Made by a program: the position numbers and the translations under genes. This document shows positions 1-11,964 of a stretch of DNA of 64,000 nt, piece by piece; positions within the stretch are counted from its first letter, which is position 1, and every line of letters starts with the position of its first letter. The stretch comes from Octopus sinensis (taxonomy: Eukaryota). Under the pieces are notes generated by a model. That model did no database searches and was not told where the DNA came from. It was given only the letters and a program-made list of their open reading frames with translations. The DNA lies in the NCBI RefSeq assembly GCF_006345805.1, contig NC_042997.1, positions 5,270,001-5,334,000 of the forward strand. Reading direction: 5' to 3'.

Positions 1-30
1 ATATATGTATATTATATATATATAATATAT

Positions 31-75
<45 letters not shown>

Positions 76-450
76 TTATATGTATGTATATGTGTGTATA
101 GGTGTATATATTTGTATATAGATATATGTATATATATATATAATATATATATACATATATACATGCATATATATTTATATACACATGCATATATATGTAT
201 ATATATATATATCTATATAGATATATGTATGCAGGTATACATATGTATATATGTATGTATATATATATATATAATATATATATATTATATATATATATGT
301 ATATATATATGCATATGCGTATATGTATATATATGTATATATAGGTATATATATATATATAGGTATATATATATATAATATATATATTATATATATATAT
401 ATATATATAATATATATATAGGTATATATATATATATATATATATATAAA
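1..450. repeat. (TA)n-type microsatellite, degenerate
   Basis: Alternating AT dinucleotides; the ORFs 94..378 and 175..552 are IY/YI-repeat artefacts. Confidence 0.97.
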
Positions 451-960
451 TTTATAAATAAGGATAATATCGATATTATCTAGTGGCCAGCATGGGAATA
501 AATACCATATAAAGATAATGAACGCTGGCCAAGAGATAATATCGATGTTCAAATATCGATATTACCCTTATTTATAAATTTATATAATTCGTCACTATAT
601 TCACTGCGGTGTTTATTTTGACCATATCGCATTTATGATGTGGTTGGTGGGCAATTTGAACTTGCCTTGTACATACGTGTATATATATGTATGTATGGAC
701 GTTCATGTATGTAAGTATAACGTGTGTTCTGTATATGTATATTTGTATTTATGTGCCCATCTGGTATATTCAACTAATGAAGGCAGAGCTTATTTGAAAC
801 AAAGCTAGAAATCCAGGATCTTGAATTATCCAGTAATATCTTTTTGCTAGTTTATTTTGTCTCTATGTCTTATCTCATGGTGCGATATGGACAGTTAAGG
901 TGGTTTTTAGAGTCAAGGTTTTGACTGCTATTTCGGCATGGTGGTGTTTCTCAGATACCC

Positions 961-1002
<42 letters not shown>

Positions 1003-1047
1003 CTGTATGGATAATAACGTACTGGTGCCTCAACTTAGGTACATTAT

Positions 1048-1085
<38 letters not shown>

Positions 1086-1140
1086 ATATATATATATATA
1101 TATATAAAGACATATACATTTATATATGGTGATTACCTAC

Positions 1141-1790
1141 TTTTTATGCAGTTTGACCACCTTCTGTACCTACATCTGTTGACCATCGTGGCATCTGATG
1201 TGGGTTTTTAAACAAGACAATGTTCTGAAAAACACTCACTCAGATTACTTATCCGCTTTGGATCACCAAGAGCTGCAGATAAGTTCTGAAATTCGTGGAA
1301 CTTAAACTGTCTTTTGAGGCCTCCGTTGGATTTGCAAACCTTCTGGCATACACTGCATTCCAAGGTTTGCACAGATATATAGACAGCATATTCGGTGGGG
1401 TTTCGTTTTCTATGAGTTCGCCAATGAGATTCGAGCCCAGCAAAAGACAGGCATACTCTGTCACTGTCTGTGCACACATAAAGTTCATTTCCCTTCATCT
1501 TCTCGATCGTTTCATTCTTCCTTGGATCACTTTGAGTTTTACATGCGTTATCCTGACCTCTTCAAAGGCTTTCACTCAACTCCACACTTTTGTTCGCCAT
1601 CCAACTCGATCCGAAGCAAGGATTTCTATGTCTTTTGGCTCCATTGACCCAATGATCCATTTATCTTAACTTCTAACAACAGAGGAAGGAACGGCTCTGA
1701 TCGTCTATCTTTTTATTTCAATTAAGTTGTGAGAGAAGCAATCGATGCCAACTCAGCCTGCTAAAATATAATAAGTGATGGGACTAGATG
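1141..1790 (-). mobile_element. RTE-clade LINE, 3' remnant
   Basis: Minus-strand translation MEPKDIEILASDRVGWRTKVWS*VKAFEEVRITH followed by two degenerate C2H2-like motifs (VCTDSDRVCLSFAGLESHWRTH; CSVCQKVCKSNGGLKRQFKFH), as at the C-terminus of RTE ORFs. Confidence 0.7.
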
Positions 1791-2063
1791 TCGGCTTCAT
1801 CTTTGCAAAATGAGCAAAGCATAGAGTAGTAACAATGGAGTGAGTGAAGGGGAGGGGATGATAATGAGAAAAAGTAAGACAGGGAAGTTTAATTTAGTCC
1901 GATTCATTACCGTATTAAAAGCATTTAGAAATAATGAGATAAAATTATAAAAGAACATAAAATAGGGGTGGCAATCAAATCCCAATTGCAAAAAAGGGAG
2001 TGTATTACAATTTAACATAGTCATAATGTTATAGCATTAAAATAAATTTAGAAATATACATAT

Positions 2064-2095
<32 letters not shown>

Positions 2096-2096
2096 A

Positions 2097-2210
<114 letters not shown>

Positions 2211-2589
2211 TGACGAATTAAGAATATTAAATTTCTTAGAAGAAAGTGAAGAAAAAATTATTTTTTAAATATATAAAGGAGCGTATTAGATATACAAATT
2301 TAGAATTTAGGCTCATAAGCTAATAAGGAATATAATGTATTTGAAATTTGAGGATAGAGGCATAAAATATACGACAAGGTATATAAAATATAAACTTTAA
2401 TCTTAATTATCCATGTAGGACTAATAAACAGGGACAATAAAAAGACAGACAAAGCGTCGGGGAATGACTGATAAAACAACATGAAGATAAACATAATTAA
2501 CAATTAAAGATAAATATATATGGAAACCGAATCGAATAACACAAATGGAGTGAGGGACGTCGCCGACACCACAAACCACATTCCGAACA

Positions 2590-4610
2590 CTGAATACCTA
2601 GTAGTACTTTTATGCTCTCGTTCAAGCAGGTTTATTCACTCTCAAGAAACTTACTAGTGTTCCATCTTTTTCCGAACAGTCTGTGTGGCAGGCAATTTTT
2701 TTTTCAGGTGGAAAGTTAACCAACCCAAGGCTGGATATGTAGATGCCCGTCAAGATCTCTTTCACTCGCGTCTTCCATGCAACCTCCTTCGCAGTAGCTA
2801 CTGCACAGGGGAAACAAGCTTACTCTTCCCTATTCAGGGAAGACGGCGGAACAATCTTAATTATAGACTCGGATGACAGTTGTACTCATCCCAGTAGTGG
2901 CAGCATTTGTTCAACACAAACACAAAGTTCCGAAATCTTCGGACATTGCAGTTGCGTGCAGAAGAGTTTCACTGTCTTCCCGCAACTTGGACAAGTTGAC
3001 GCGGATTAAGAACCGTACCTCTAGAGTTTGTCCCGAACAGATAAGGCTCCTTGGTAACGTTGCTATGCCAGGGACTTCTGGAAATTATCCATAGACCCTG
3101 GCCCGAAAGTTCTCTGGTACAGGTTGGTAAGTTGACTGTGATCGAAGCCCATTGATGCAACATAAAGTTGTCATACCTTTACAGGAGGGTGGAAGGTAAT
3201 CTCTCCTCATCCAGTTCTTCAGATGGTGTGGTTTGTGGGGTGTTCTTTAAAAGTTGTCTAAATAACTGTGATGAAAAGTTCCTGTATAAGAGTCCAATTT
3301 ACTCGGGAAATGATTTTTTAATCACACTTTAGTTTATACTGTCGATATAAAAGTAAATATTAGGAGTGATACTTCGAGTTTAAGGTTTGCTAAATGGTTT
3401 TACTGTTGCGATTTTCTTATTGTTATTTGATTCTATGTTTTTAACGTTAATAGCCGTAATGTTTATAATGATTTGCGGGACGATGGGCGAGGAGTTTGGG
3501 GATCTTGTGTGTTTGTGACGGTGGGTGCGTGTGTGCTTGCAATTGGTGTATTAGCGAATGTGTGGTTTCGGAGGGAGTTCTTCTGTTTTCGTTTACTTTT
3601 TTGTTTTGTTTTGTGGGTCGACAATAGTCCAATCAGTATCTTCCTGTAATGTTTCGATTTCTGTTTCTCTTCTTTTTATCTGTTTAGGAGTCTTCTGTTG
3701 GCTCCTGTATCTCTGTAACTTCCCCCACTTCATGAGTGATTTTCGCGGCTAGTTGAGGTACCGAAGTTTCCGCGGGTGGTGTGGGTACAGGTGCTGGAGG
3801 GCACTCTGCTCTTATGTGGCCATTTTGGCCACACTTATGATAATGTGGTTTCCGTCCCTCCACTATGACTCTTAAAATTATTTCTTCTCCAATTAATACT
3901 GAATGTGGAATTTCTTACAGTTCACAGGGGCAGTTTGGATTAGCATCTCTAACCCCTTCTTCTTCCAGTTCCGTCGGTGAAAGCTGATGGCTTCAAGGAT
4001 AAGGATTTTTTCCTCCAAGCCAAATACCAGTGCTCCTACTAGCCGGGCAGCATCAATCTTATTTCTCGTACATTTACCCTGGAAGTACGCCTTTCAAGGT
4101 TAATGACTGGAGAACCATCTCGGGTGACTTGAGAGAGGTCATCAAATGTTGCTTGGCTTTTCCCTTATTGTAAAAACGTAGTTCCACTGTGGTACATCTC
4201 CTCCCACTGGCTATATAGGTGATGTCTTGCCATATGAGGCTTAAACATTTTTCTATGACCTCTTTGGAAGCCAATTCAATTCATTTGTTTTTGATGGAAT
4301 ACAATTTAAATATAATAGTCTTCCTTTGGTTGGTGTGAGTGACTTCGCTGGGAGGGACTAATTTTATGTTGTGCGCCATCCCCTCCACCTTTGAAGGAGA
4401 CCGCTGTACATTCTTAGTTCGCATTGTTCAATTTTGAAGTCCTCTTTGTTTAAAAAGCTACAAAATAAGTAATTTGTTTTTCCTTGTTTTGCTCAGAATT
4501 GTCGTCAGCTTTCTTTGTCGTATTTTCTGCTGGCCTAGGCATGGTCATTAGCATTGCTTCTAATAATTTGTCAAAATATATATCTTCCTCGTCGGAGGAT
4601 ACATTCATTT
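2590..4610 (-). mobile_element. Tx1/L1-like non-LTR retrotransposon, internally deleted (ORF1 remnant joined to ORF2 C-terminus)
   Basis: Minus strand: ORF1-like EIPHSVLIGEEIILRVIVEGRKPHYHKCGQNGHIRAECP (decayed CCHC knuckle, about 3790-3910); ORF2 C-terminus MGFDHSQLTNLYQRTFGPGSMDNFQKSLA*..STCPSCG..QCPKISE..AKEVAWKTR (zf-RVT-like, about 2750-3170). No APE or RT motifs between them. Confidence 0.7.
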
Positions 4611-4639
4611 TATTTATTTCTTTATCTAATTATTATAAT

Positions 4640-4810
4640 TATTTTTATTATTATTATTATTAGTATCATCATCATCATCATCATTATTATTATTATTTAT
4701 TATTATTATTAGTATCATCATCATCATCATCACCATCATCATCATCATTATTATATTATTATCATCATCATCATCATTATTATTATTATTATTATATTAT
4801 TATTATTATC

Positions 4811-4842
<32 letters not shown>

Positions 4843-4881
4843 CATCTCATCATCATCATCATTATTATTATTATTATCATC

Positions 4882-4913
<32 letters not shown>

Positions 4914-5119
4914 TATTATTATTATTATCATTATTATTATAATTATCATATTATTATTATTAGTATCATCATCATCATCATCATTATTATTATTATTTAT
5001 TATTATTATTATTAGTATCATCATCATCATCATCATTATTATATTATTATTATATTATTATATTATTATATTATTTATTATTATTATTATTATTATAATA
5101 TCATTATTATTATAATATC

Positions 5120-5156
<37 letters not shown>

Positions 5157-5692
5157 TCATCATCATCATCATTATTATATTATTATTATTATTATTTATT
5201 ATTATTATTAATAATATTAATATTATTATTATTATTATTATTATTATTTATTATTATTATTATCATCATCATCATCATTATTATTATTATTAGTATCATC
5301 ATCATCATCATTATTATTATAATTATCATATTATTATTATTATCATCATCATCATCATCATCATTATTATTATAATATCATTATTATTATATTATTATCA
5401 TCATCATCATCACATCATCATCATCATATCATCATCATCATCTCATCATCATCATCACATCATCATCATCATATCATCATCATCATCATTATTATTATTA
5501 TTAATAATATTAATATTATTATTATTATTATTAATAATATTAATATTATTATTATTATAATATCATTATTATTATAATTATCATATTATTATTATTAATA
5601 ATATTAATATTATTATTATTATAATATCATTATTATTATTATTATTAATATTATTATTATTATAATTATCATATTATTATTATTATTATCAT

Positions 5693-5724
<32 letters not shown>

Positions 5725-5960
5725 TTTATTATTATTATTATTATTATTATATTATTATATTATTATTATTATTATTATTATTATCATTATTATTATTATT
5801 ATTATTAATTATTATTATTATTATTCTTATTATTATTATTATATTATTAGTATCATCATCATCATCATCATCATCACCATCATCATCACATCATCATCAT
5901 CATCATCATCATCATTATTATTATTATTATATTATTATTATTATTATTATTATTATTAGT

Positions 5961-6056
<96 letters not shown>

Positions 6057-6101
6057 AATATTAATATTATTATTATTATTATTATTAATATATTATTATT
6101 A

Positions 6102-6141
<40 letters not shown>

Positions 6142-6188
6142 TATTATATTATTATTATATTATTATATTATTATTATATTATTATTAT
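4640..6188. repeat. 1.5-kb compound (ATT)n/(ATC)n microsatellite
   Basis: Continuous ATT and ATC triplet runs with recurring blocks such as attagtatcatcatc. Confidence 0.97.
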
Positions 6189-6212
6189 TTGCCAAATAAG
6201 CACACACACACT

Positions 6213-6428
6213 ATATATGTTTTTCCACTCGTTTATTACTGTTATTTTATTATTTTAACGCATGTCCATTGTCCGGAAATCAAAGAATGGATAAGTGGAG
6301 GAAGGGCAAACTGGTAAACGAAAAGTGTCGCTGAAGAGGTCACAAATGTGTTACGAGAGTTTCCCGGACAATGCACAAGCGCGAAAATAATAAAATTACA
6401 GTAATAAACGAGTGGGAAAACATATATA
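6213..6428. repeat. Imperfect inverted repeat (about 65-bp arms, about 80-bp spacer), probable Penelope pLTR end
   Basis: atatatgtttttccactcgtttattactgttattttattatttt...cattgtccggaaa versus ttcccggacaatg...aaaataataaaattacagtaataaacgagtgggaaaacatatata. Confidence 0.75.
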
Positions 6429-7379
6429 AATAGTTCGTGTGTTCGTTTAGCACGAAAAAAATGATAATGATATATAAATAATGATAATATATAAAATGAC
6501 CATCCCGAAATACAATATCAAAACTATAAAAATGAAAAATAAATAAATATAAAGATATAAGAAATATACATAAAAATATAAAAATATAATATTAATATGA
6601 AAATATATATATTATAATAACGTATATATGTATAGAAAAATTATAACAAGATCTTTATCATAAACGAAGATATATAAGATAATATGAAAAATATTAAAAA
6701 TGAATAGGCAATTTTAAAGGTGTATTTCATTAGAAATCTATTATAGCAAACTCTCTATTTTGAATAAAGAAATAGAGATAAAAATAAATATACCAGAATT
6801 TAATATAAATAAACCTGAAACTGAAAAATGTTTCACAAATATTTGTAAGGTATTCAAGAAAAATACATAAAGGTAAAACTGTAATAATATATCTTATGGA
6901 TACATTTTGTACAATGAAAATCGGTAGTATTAAAGATGAAAAAAATTATCACCATATATGAAATGAATTGGTTTAGGAAATGGGTAGATACATGCTGTCA
7001 TAATTAACAGGGTGTACATTTTTTGAGTTATGATATTTTGAATTATAAATAATTATTTCCTAGAATAATCATTCCAGCTCAAATGTCAAATTACGAGAGA
7101 GTGCCATAAGCATGCTTTACTAAAGGTGTACTAGATATCATTGATCATATAAGTATTAATTTTTAAAAGTAACCAGAAATCTGAATGCCGATATGTTAAA
7201 AAAGAATATTCAAAATCTGGTATTTAAAGAGTGTCAAAAAAAGTGTCAAAATTTAGGATGTGTTACACTGATTAAAAAAATGACAAACTGTAAAGGAGGA
7301 GAGATAAATTTAGGAAGAGAAATGCAAATATCAAATTAACAATTAACAATAATTTAATAGAGTAGTGCTAATTTTAGCG

Positions 7380-8340
7380 GGATGGTGTTACAGTAATTGC
7401 TATACAGCGTTTTGACGTTTAATCAATGGTGTTATAAACTCAATATACTATGTAAGTATAAGAGATAAACTATATGGAGAATCACAATTTAGACATAGGA
7501 GTTACAACGTGTAATGTGTAAATGAAGTGCCTTGAGGGCAAGGTATATATACAACATGGCTAGTTATATTAAGAAGATAGTTATGCATAAAGGATCAAAG
7601 GTGCTAAGATTCACTAGAACACATTACTAAACAGGCAATATTACAGAGAGTAAACTCTGTATGATAGGGCACAGTGAGTAACTTATGTCCTCAAAGAGAG
7701 AGCAGGTTGTCTTTATCTCTATATTTGAATATTTCGTATATCTCCATACAGCGTAGTCCACACTCATATCGGCTATTTGTGTGTGGTTGAGCTCTACGTA
7801 CTACATCCCACTTTACATTGAAATTATTATTATTATCCTTGGGTTCACAGATTGTCATAGATAATGATGCACTGCTAGATTTATGTCTTTGCCTAAAGTA
7901 TGAAAGGCGGTTTTCAAACTTTTCTTTTTCCATATTTACAGAGCACCTGGTATAAGTAAAATTTTTACTTTTTGTCATAACTGTACATGTTATATATGTT
8001 ATTTGCTAAACATCGACCTAGTAGCGGTCAATGTTTTTTCACCTACAGTGGCAATTGCCCTTATTATTAAATCATTTTTCTCATCATATTATTAATAATT
8101 ATAGAATCATCATTCAGAGTATAGTTAAAATTCATAGAATTATTATCAAAGATTACGTCTCCGCTGCTCTGGGTATTATGATTAGTATTATTACTTATAT
8201 TTATATTTAATCCCATGTCTTGGATTGTATCGCTGGGCGTTATGTAACCACCGTGTGAGGTTTACATATGGGACACAGAGGGAACCTAGGAAATAATCAT
8301 TTATAATTTTCAATGTTATAACCCAGAAAATTTACACTCT
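7380..8340 (-). mobile_element. Penelope-like element remnant (RT thumb plus GIY-YIG endonuclease)
   Basis: ORF 7691..7978(-) ...KSSSASLSMTICEPKDNNNNFNVKWDVVRRAQPHTNSRYECGLRCMEIYEI resembles the C-terminal half of the Penelope GIY-YIG domain; upstream frameshifted VNFLG..PYVKP..DTIHP-like thumb segment near 8230-8330. Confidence 0.7.
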
Positions 8341-8805
8341 CCTAATTACTGCATTATGTATCTATATATTTGATAAACCAATTCCTTTCATATATGGTGA
8401 TAATTTTTTTATCAATTTCGTCTTAGTAGTTTCTTTATTTCGCTCCTCCTCTAAGTACAAAATATGTCCATTTAAGATCTGTTATTACATTTTTTTATCT
8501 TTATGTAGTCTTATTTTATACCTTACAAACATTTGTAAAACCTTTTTTCACTTTTAGCTTTATTATATCAAATTCTGGTATATCAATTTTTAATACCAAA
8601 TTGCAGATTGGCGCAACTTAGAGAATATTTATATTAATTGCATCATTATAAACATCAGAATCTTGCTACTCTAACTCTCACGAATACATTAGCAACTTGG
8701 CTTTCAGTATTTAATCTTGCATTTATAATCTGGTTGCATATTATCGCAGTGTGCAACACCACATGTTAATCTGACAGCATGAAGGGTGATTGTCGTACAC
8801 ATCTT

Positions 8806-10084
8806 CAAAGTGAAATGAGGAGAATATCTCATGTAAATTTCACTATTCTGCCAGATATCTTAATGCATATCTTAGATCTTCACTGTAGCAGTCTATTTCA
8901 TCGTAAACATTATGAATCCTCAAAGATTTTATCAGTTTCATATGGGATTACAAATGGATTGGTAATTAGTAAAATTTTTTCTCAACGTCGAAATCTGTAG
9001 ATTACATTGTGTGCATAACAAACGCTTCTGAATAAAAACAGTTGATTATGACACTGATCACGATAAATTACTTTACTGGCTTTTTTAGAGACCATCAAAC
9101 GTAGACAGGTTATTTGGCGAATCACTTCGAAGCGATGACAAATTGATTCGGTTAAAGAATTTTAAATATCATCAGAGATTGTATTGATATTATAAAATCC
9201 ATTTGCGTCACGTGAAATAAAAAAAAAAGCATATGAAAAATAATGAACCATGCAACGCACTGCTTATGAAAAACAATGCTAACATGCTGAACAACACTAT
9301 GTTACTAAATCTATGGAGGAATATAACGTCATATAAACCCTCGCTACAAGTAGTCAGATGTACACACAAAGAACACCGAAATAAATGTAATCATTGGTTT
9401 GTTGTGTATTATTTCTAGATCTTAGCGATAAGCATTCATCTTTTGTTGTGTGGACGCCACAGACGATGAAGTAGGCTAGCTCAATACGTAGATACAGAGG
9501 GAGTAGCCTAGACGTCAAGAGAATAGTTGAGTAGCGATGAGTGCACAGTAGTAGATAGTCAAGAGTCGAGCAGAGTTGAGTAGTTAAGTAGAGAACAGTT
9601 CAGTAGAGTAGAGGGCATCTGAACGTGCGACATAAAATCTTTTTCACCTACTCATTGCTTAAGCTTGCAATTCTTATTCTAAGCAGCTACTTTTTCTAAA
9701 TCTAAGTCCGTTCCCGCAATTATGCTATAATCGATCTGTCAAAGTGTCACCCCAGAAAATTTTAATTTAAACACGTAATGATATGCAGATGCTTTGTCGT
9801 ATTTCGGCTACATAACACGATCATCCCATTGAACCGTTTCAGGGACAATAAGTGCACATTGGCAAGAAAAATCTCCTGTAATAAAACCATCATTTGTTGT
9901 TGTATTAAATATATATTTTCTTTCCCATACAAAACTTGAATGAAATGACAAAATGTTATTTCATTATTGCTCTGCTTATGAAGGAATTTTTCATGGAATT
10001 CATATATATATACATACATACATACACACACACACACCACACACACACACACAACACACACACACCACACACACACACACGGAC

Positions 10085-10128
<44 letters not shown>

Positions 10129-10183
10129 TATATATTATATATATATATATATAGATATATATATATATATATATGTGTGTATG

Positions 10184-10216
<33 letters not shown>

Positions 10217-10335
10217 GTATATGCTGTTTTTACTGAGATCTACCTTTTTAGTAGAAGAAATAGCTATAACCTTTGACTGCTATTTCTAAATTCGGTATGT
10301 GGTAAGCAATTCGTTGCTAAACCCTTATTGCTTAG

Positions 10336-10371
<36 letters not shown>

Positions 10372-10939
10372 ATATTATATATATATATATATTGTCGTAT
10401 ATCATCATTACTTCGTAGTTCCTATATCGCTACTAATTTGTCTTCCAGATATGATACACGTTCAGATGATTTTCTTACATGTTTTGTAAATTTAACAAAT
10501 CTAGTTTTCAAGATAAGTACATGAATTAAATATCTCTAACGCAATAAACCGGCGAAAAGTATATTTTATAGATGCGATCATATATTATGGAAGTGAAAGG
10601 ATTTAATAATTGATTGGCTACCGACTGAATCTAATTTCTAATATGTCTGAAAATAGCAGACTTTGGTTGAAGCCGCGCAGCTCTCAGTGAAGCTGTGAAT
10701 AAATATAAACAATAACCCCAAGAAATATGATATGAATAAAATATAGCATGTTTACAGAAACTGAAAATCTGGGTGAAGTCTATATTATATAGACTTCACC
10801 CATATGAAACTGATAAAATCTTTGAGGATTCATAATGTTTACGATGAAATAGACTGCTACAGTGAAGATCTAAGATATGCATTAAGATATCTGGCAGAAT
10901 AGTGAAATTTACATGAGATATTCTCCTCATTTCACTTTG
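8806..10939. repeat. Perfect 141-bp inverted repeat pair (8806-8946 and 10799-10939)
   Basis: caaagtgaaatgaggagaatatc...tcagtttcatatggg is the exact reverse complement of cccatatgaaactga...ctcctcatttcactttg by manual comparison. Confidence 0.9.
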
Positions 10940-11291
10940 CCGCATCTAAAAGTGATAAATATATAACATAGTTCTCACTTCCAATAGACAGTACTACTTA
11001 ATTCAATATTTTCCATATATAATTAATCTTTAAAATATATGCTTTCTGGAAATGTAAACCTTTATGTTGAGAGCAACAATATATTATGTTTTAGCGGATA
11101 AATATCGATAGCAAAAAGCATATACATGTTTCTCTTAAATATTTGTCAACTATTACGGAGATGTACTTGCATAGTGAGTGACTTGATCTGAGATCGTGTG
11201 TTGGAACGAAAGCTTTGCAGCGAAGAAGGTGTTTATAAGCCATTTAAGAAACACACAAAACCGTTAGATTCACTTCAACATTTAAATTTAA

Positions 11292-11343
11292 TTTGCGAAA
11301 ATATTTTCGTCGCTTTGGGACCGCGACCTGTTCACTGACAAAA
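11292..11343 (-). ncRNA. Hammerhead-like motif, family G (G3-C8 core), minus copy
   Basis: TTTGTCA-GTGAACA-G-GTCGC/GGTCCCAAA/GCGAC-GAA-AATATT-T-TCGCAAA: perfect 5-bp stem II, palindromic stem III, one mismatch in stem I. Confidence 0.65.
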
Positions 11344-11363
11344 TTTGAGATGCAGCACGAAAT

Positions 11364-11414
11364 TTTCTCAGTGAACAGGTCTCGGTCTCAAAGCGACGAA
11401 AATATTTTGGCAAA
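11364..11414 (+). ncRNA. Hammerhead-like motif, family G (G3-C8 core), plus copy
   Basis: TTTCTCA-GTGAACA-G-GTCTC/GGTCTCAAA/GCGAC-GAA-AATATT-T-TGGCAAA; its mismatches lie at different positions from the minus copy, so the consensus folds fully. Confidence 0.62.
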
Positions 11415-11762
11415 TTAAATTTAAATGTTGAAGTGAATCTAACGGTTTTGTGTGTTTCTTAAATGGCTTATAAGCACCTTCCACGCTGCAATTGTATTAG
11501 TTAACTACTTATTTGTTAAAAAGAGAAAAGCTTACTACAAACTTTTAATTATTAAGATTACACGGTTTATTCTGTTTAAATAAACTGCTGTGAGTTATGT
11601 ATTAGTGTGCCTGTGAAATAATGGTATGCATGCTGCTGATAACAGTGGTGGACCTATATCTAAAAGTCTATCATAAACAATGAAATATATCATTTGCATC
11701 TATCTATCTCTCTATCTATCTATATCTATCTATCTATATATATACATATATATATACATATC

Positions 11763-11803
<41 letters not shown>

Positions 11804-11807
11804 ATAT

Positions 11808-11909
<102 letters not shown>

Positions 11910-11964
11910 TGAAAGAGAGAGAGAGAGTGAAAGAGAGAGAGAGAGAGAGTGAAAGAGAGAGAGA

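Larger units (their letters stand above)
11216..11491. repeat. Long fold-back (about 130-bp arms, 13-nt spacer) carrying two outward-facing HHR-like motifs
   Basis: ttgcagcg..ataagccatttaagaaacacacaaaaccgttagattcacttcaac.. mirrored by ..gttgaagtgaatctaacggttttgtgtgtttcttaaatggcttataag..cgctgcaa. Confidence 0.92.

Noticed and set aside
6325-6370. CTGAAGAG-GTCAC..GTGTTAC-GAGAGTTTC as another hammerhead
   Set aside because: GAAA is changed to GAGA, stem III is not palindromic and stem I gives at most 3 pairs; there is no second copy to build a consensus. Possibly a decayed relic.
7390-7440. Hammerhead at the 3' end of the 7380-8340 Penelope remnant
   Set aside because: Only a vague cgtcaaaacgctgt remnant; core and stems could not be assigned.
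6690-8620. Old inverted similarity between about 6780-6975 and 8340-8590
   Set aside because: Short AT-rich matches are visible, but too diverged to define boundaries or classify by eye.
9780-9890. Possible minus-strand exon after ttttattacag encoding DFSCQCALIVPETVQWDDRVM
   Set aside because: No recognisable domain, an early stop, no partner exons and no transcript evidence.
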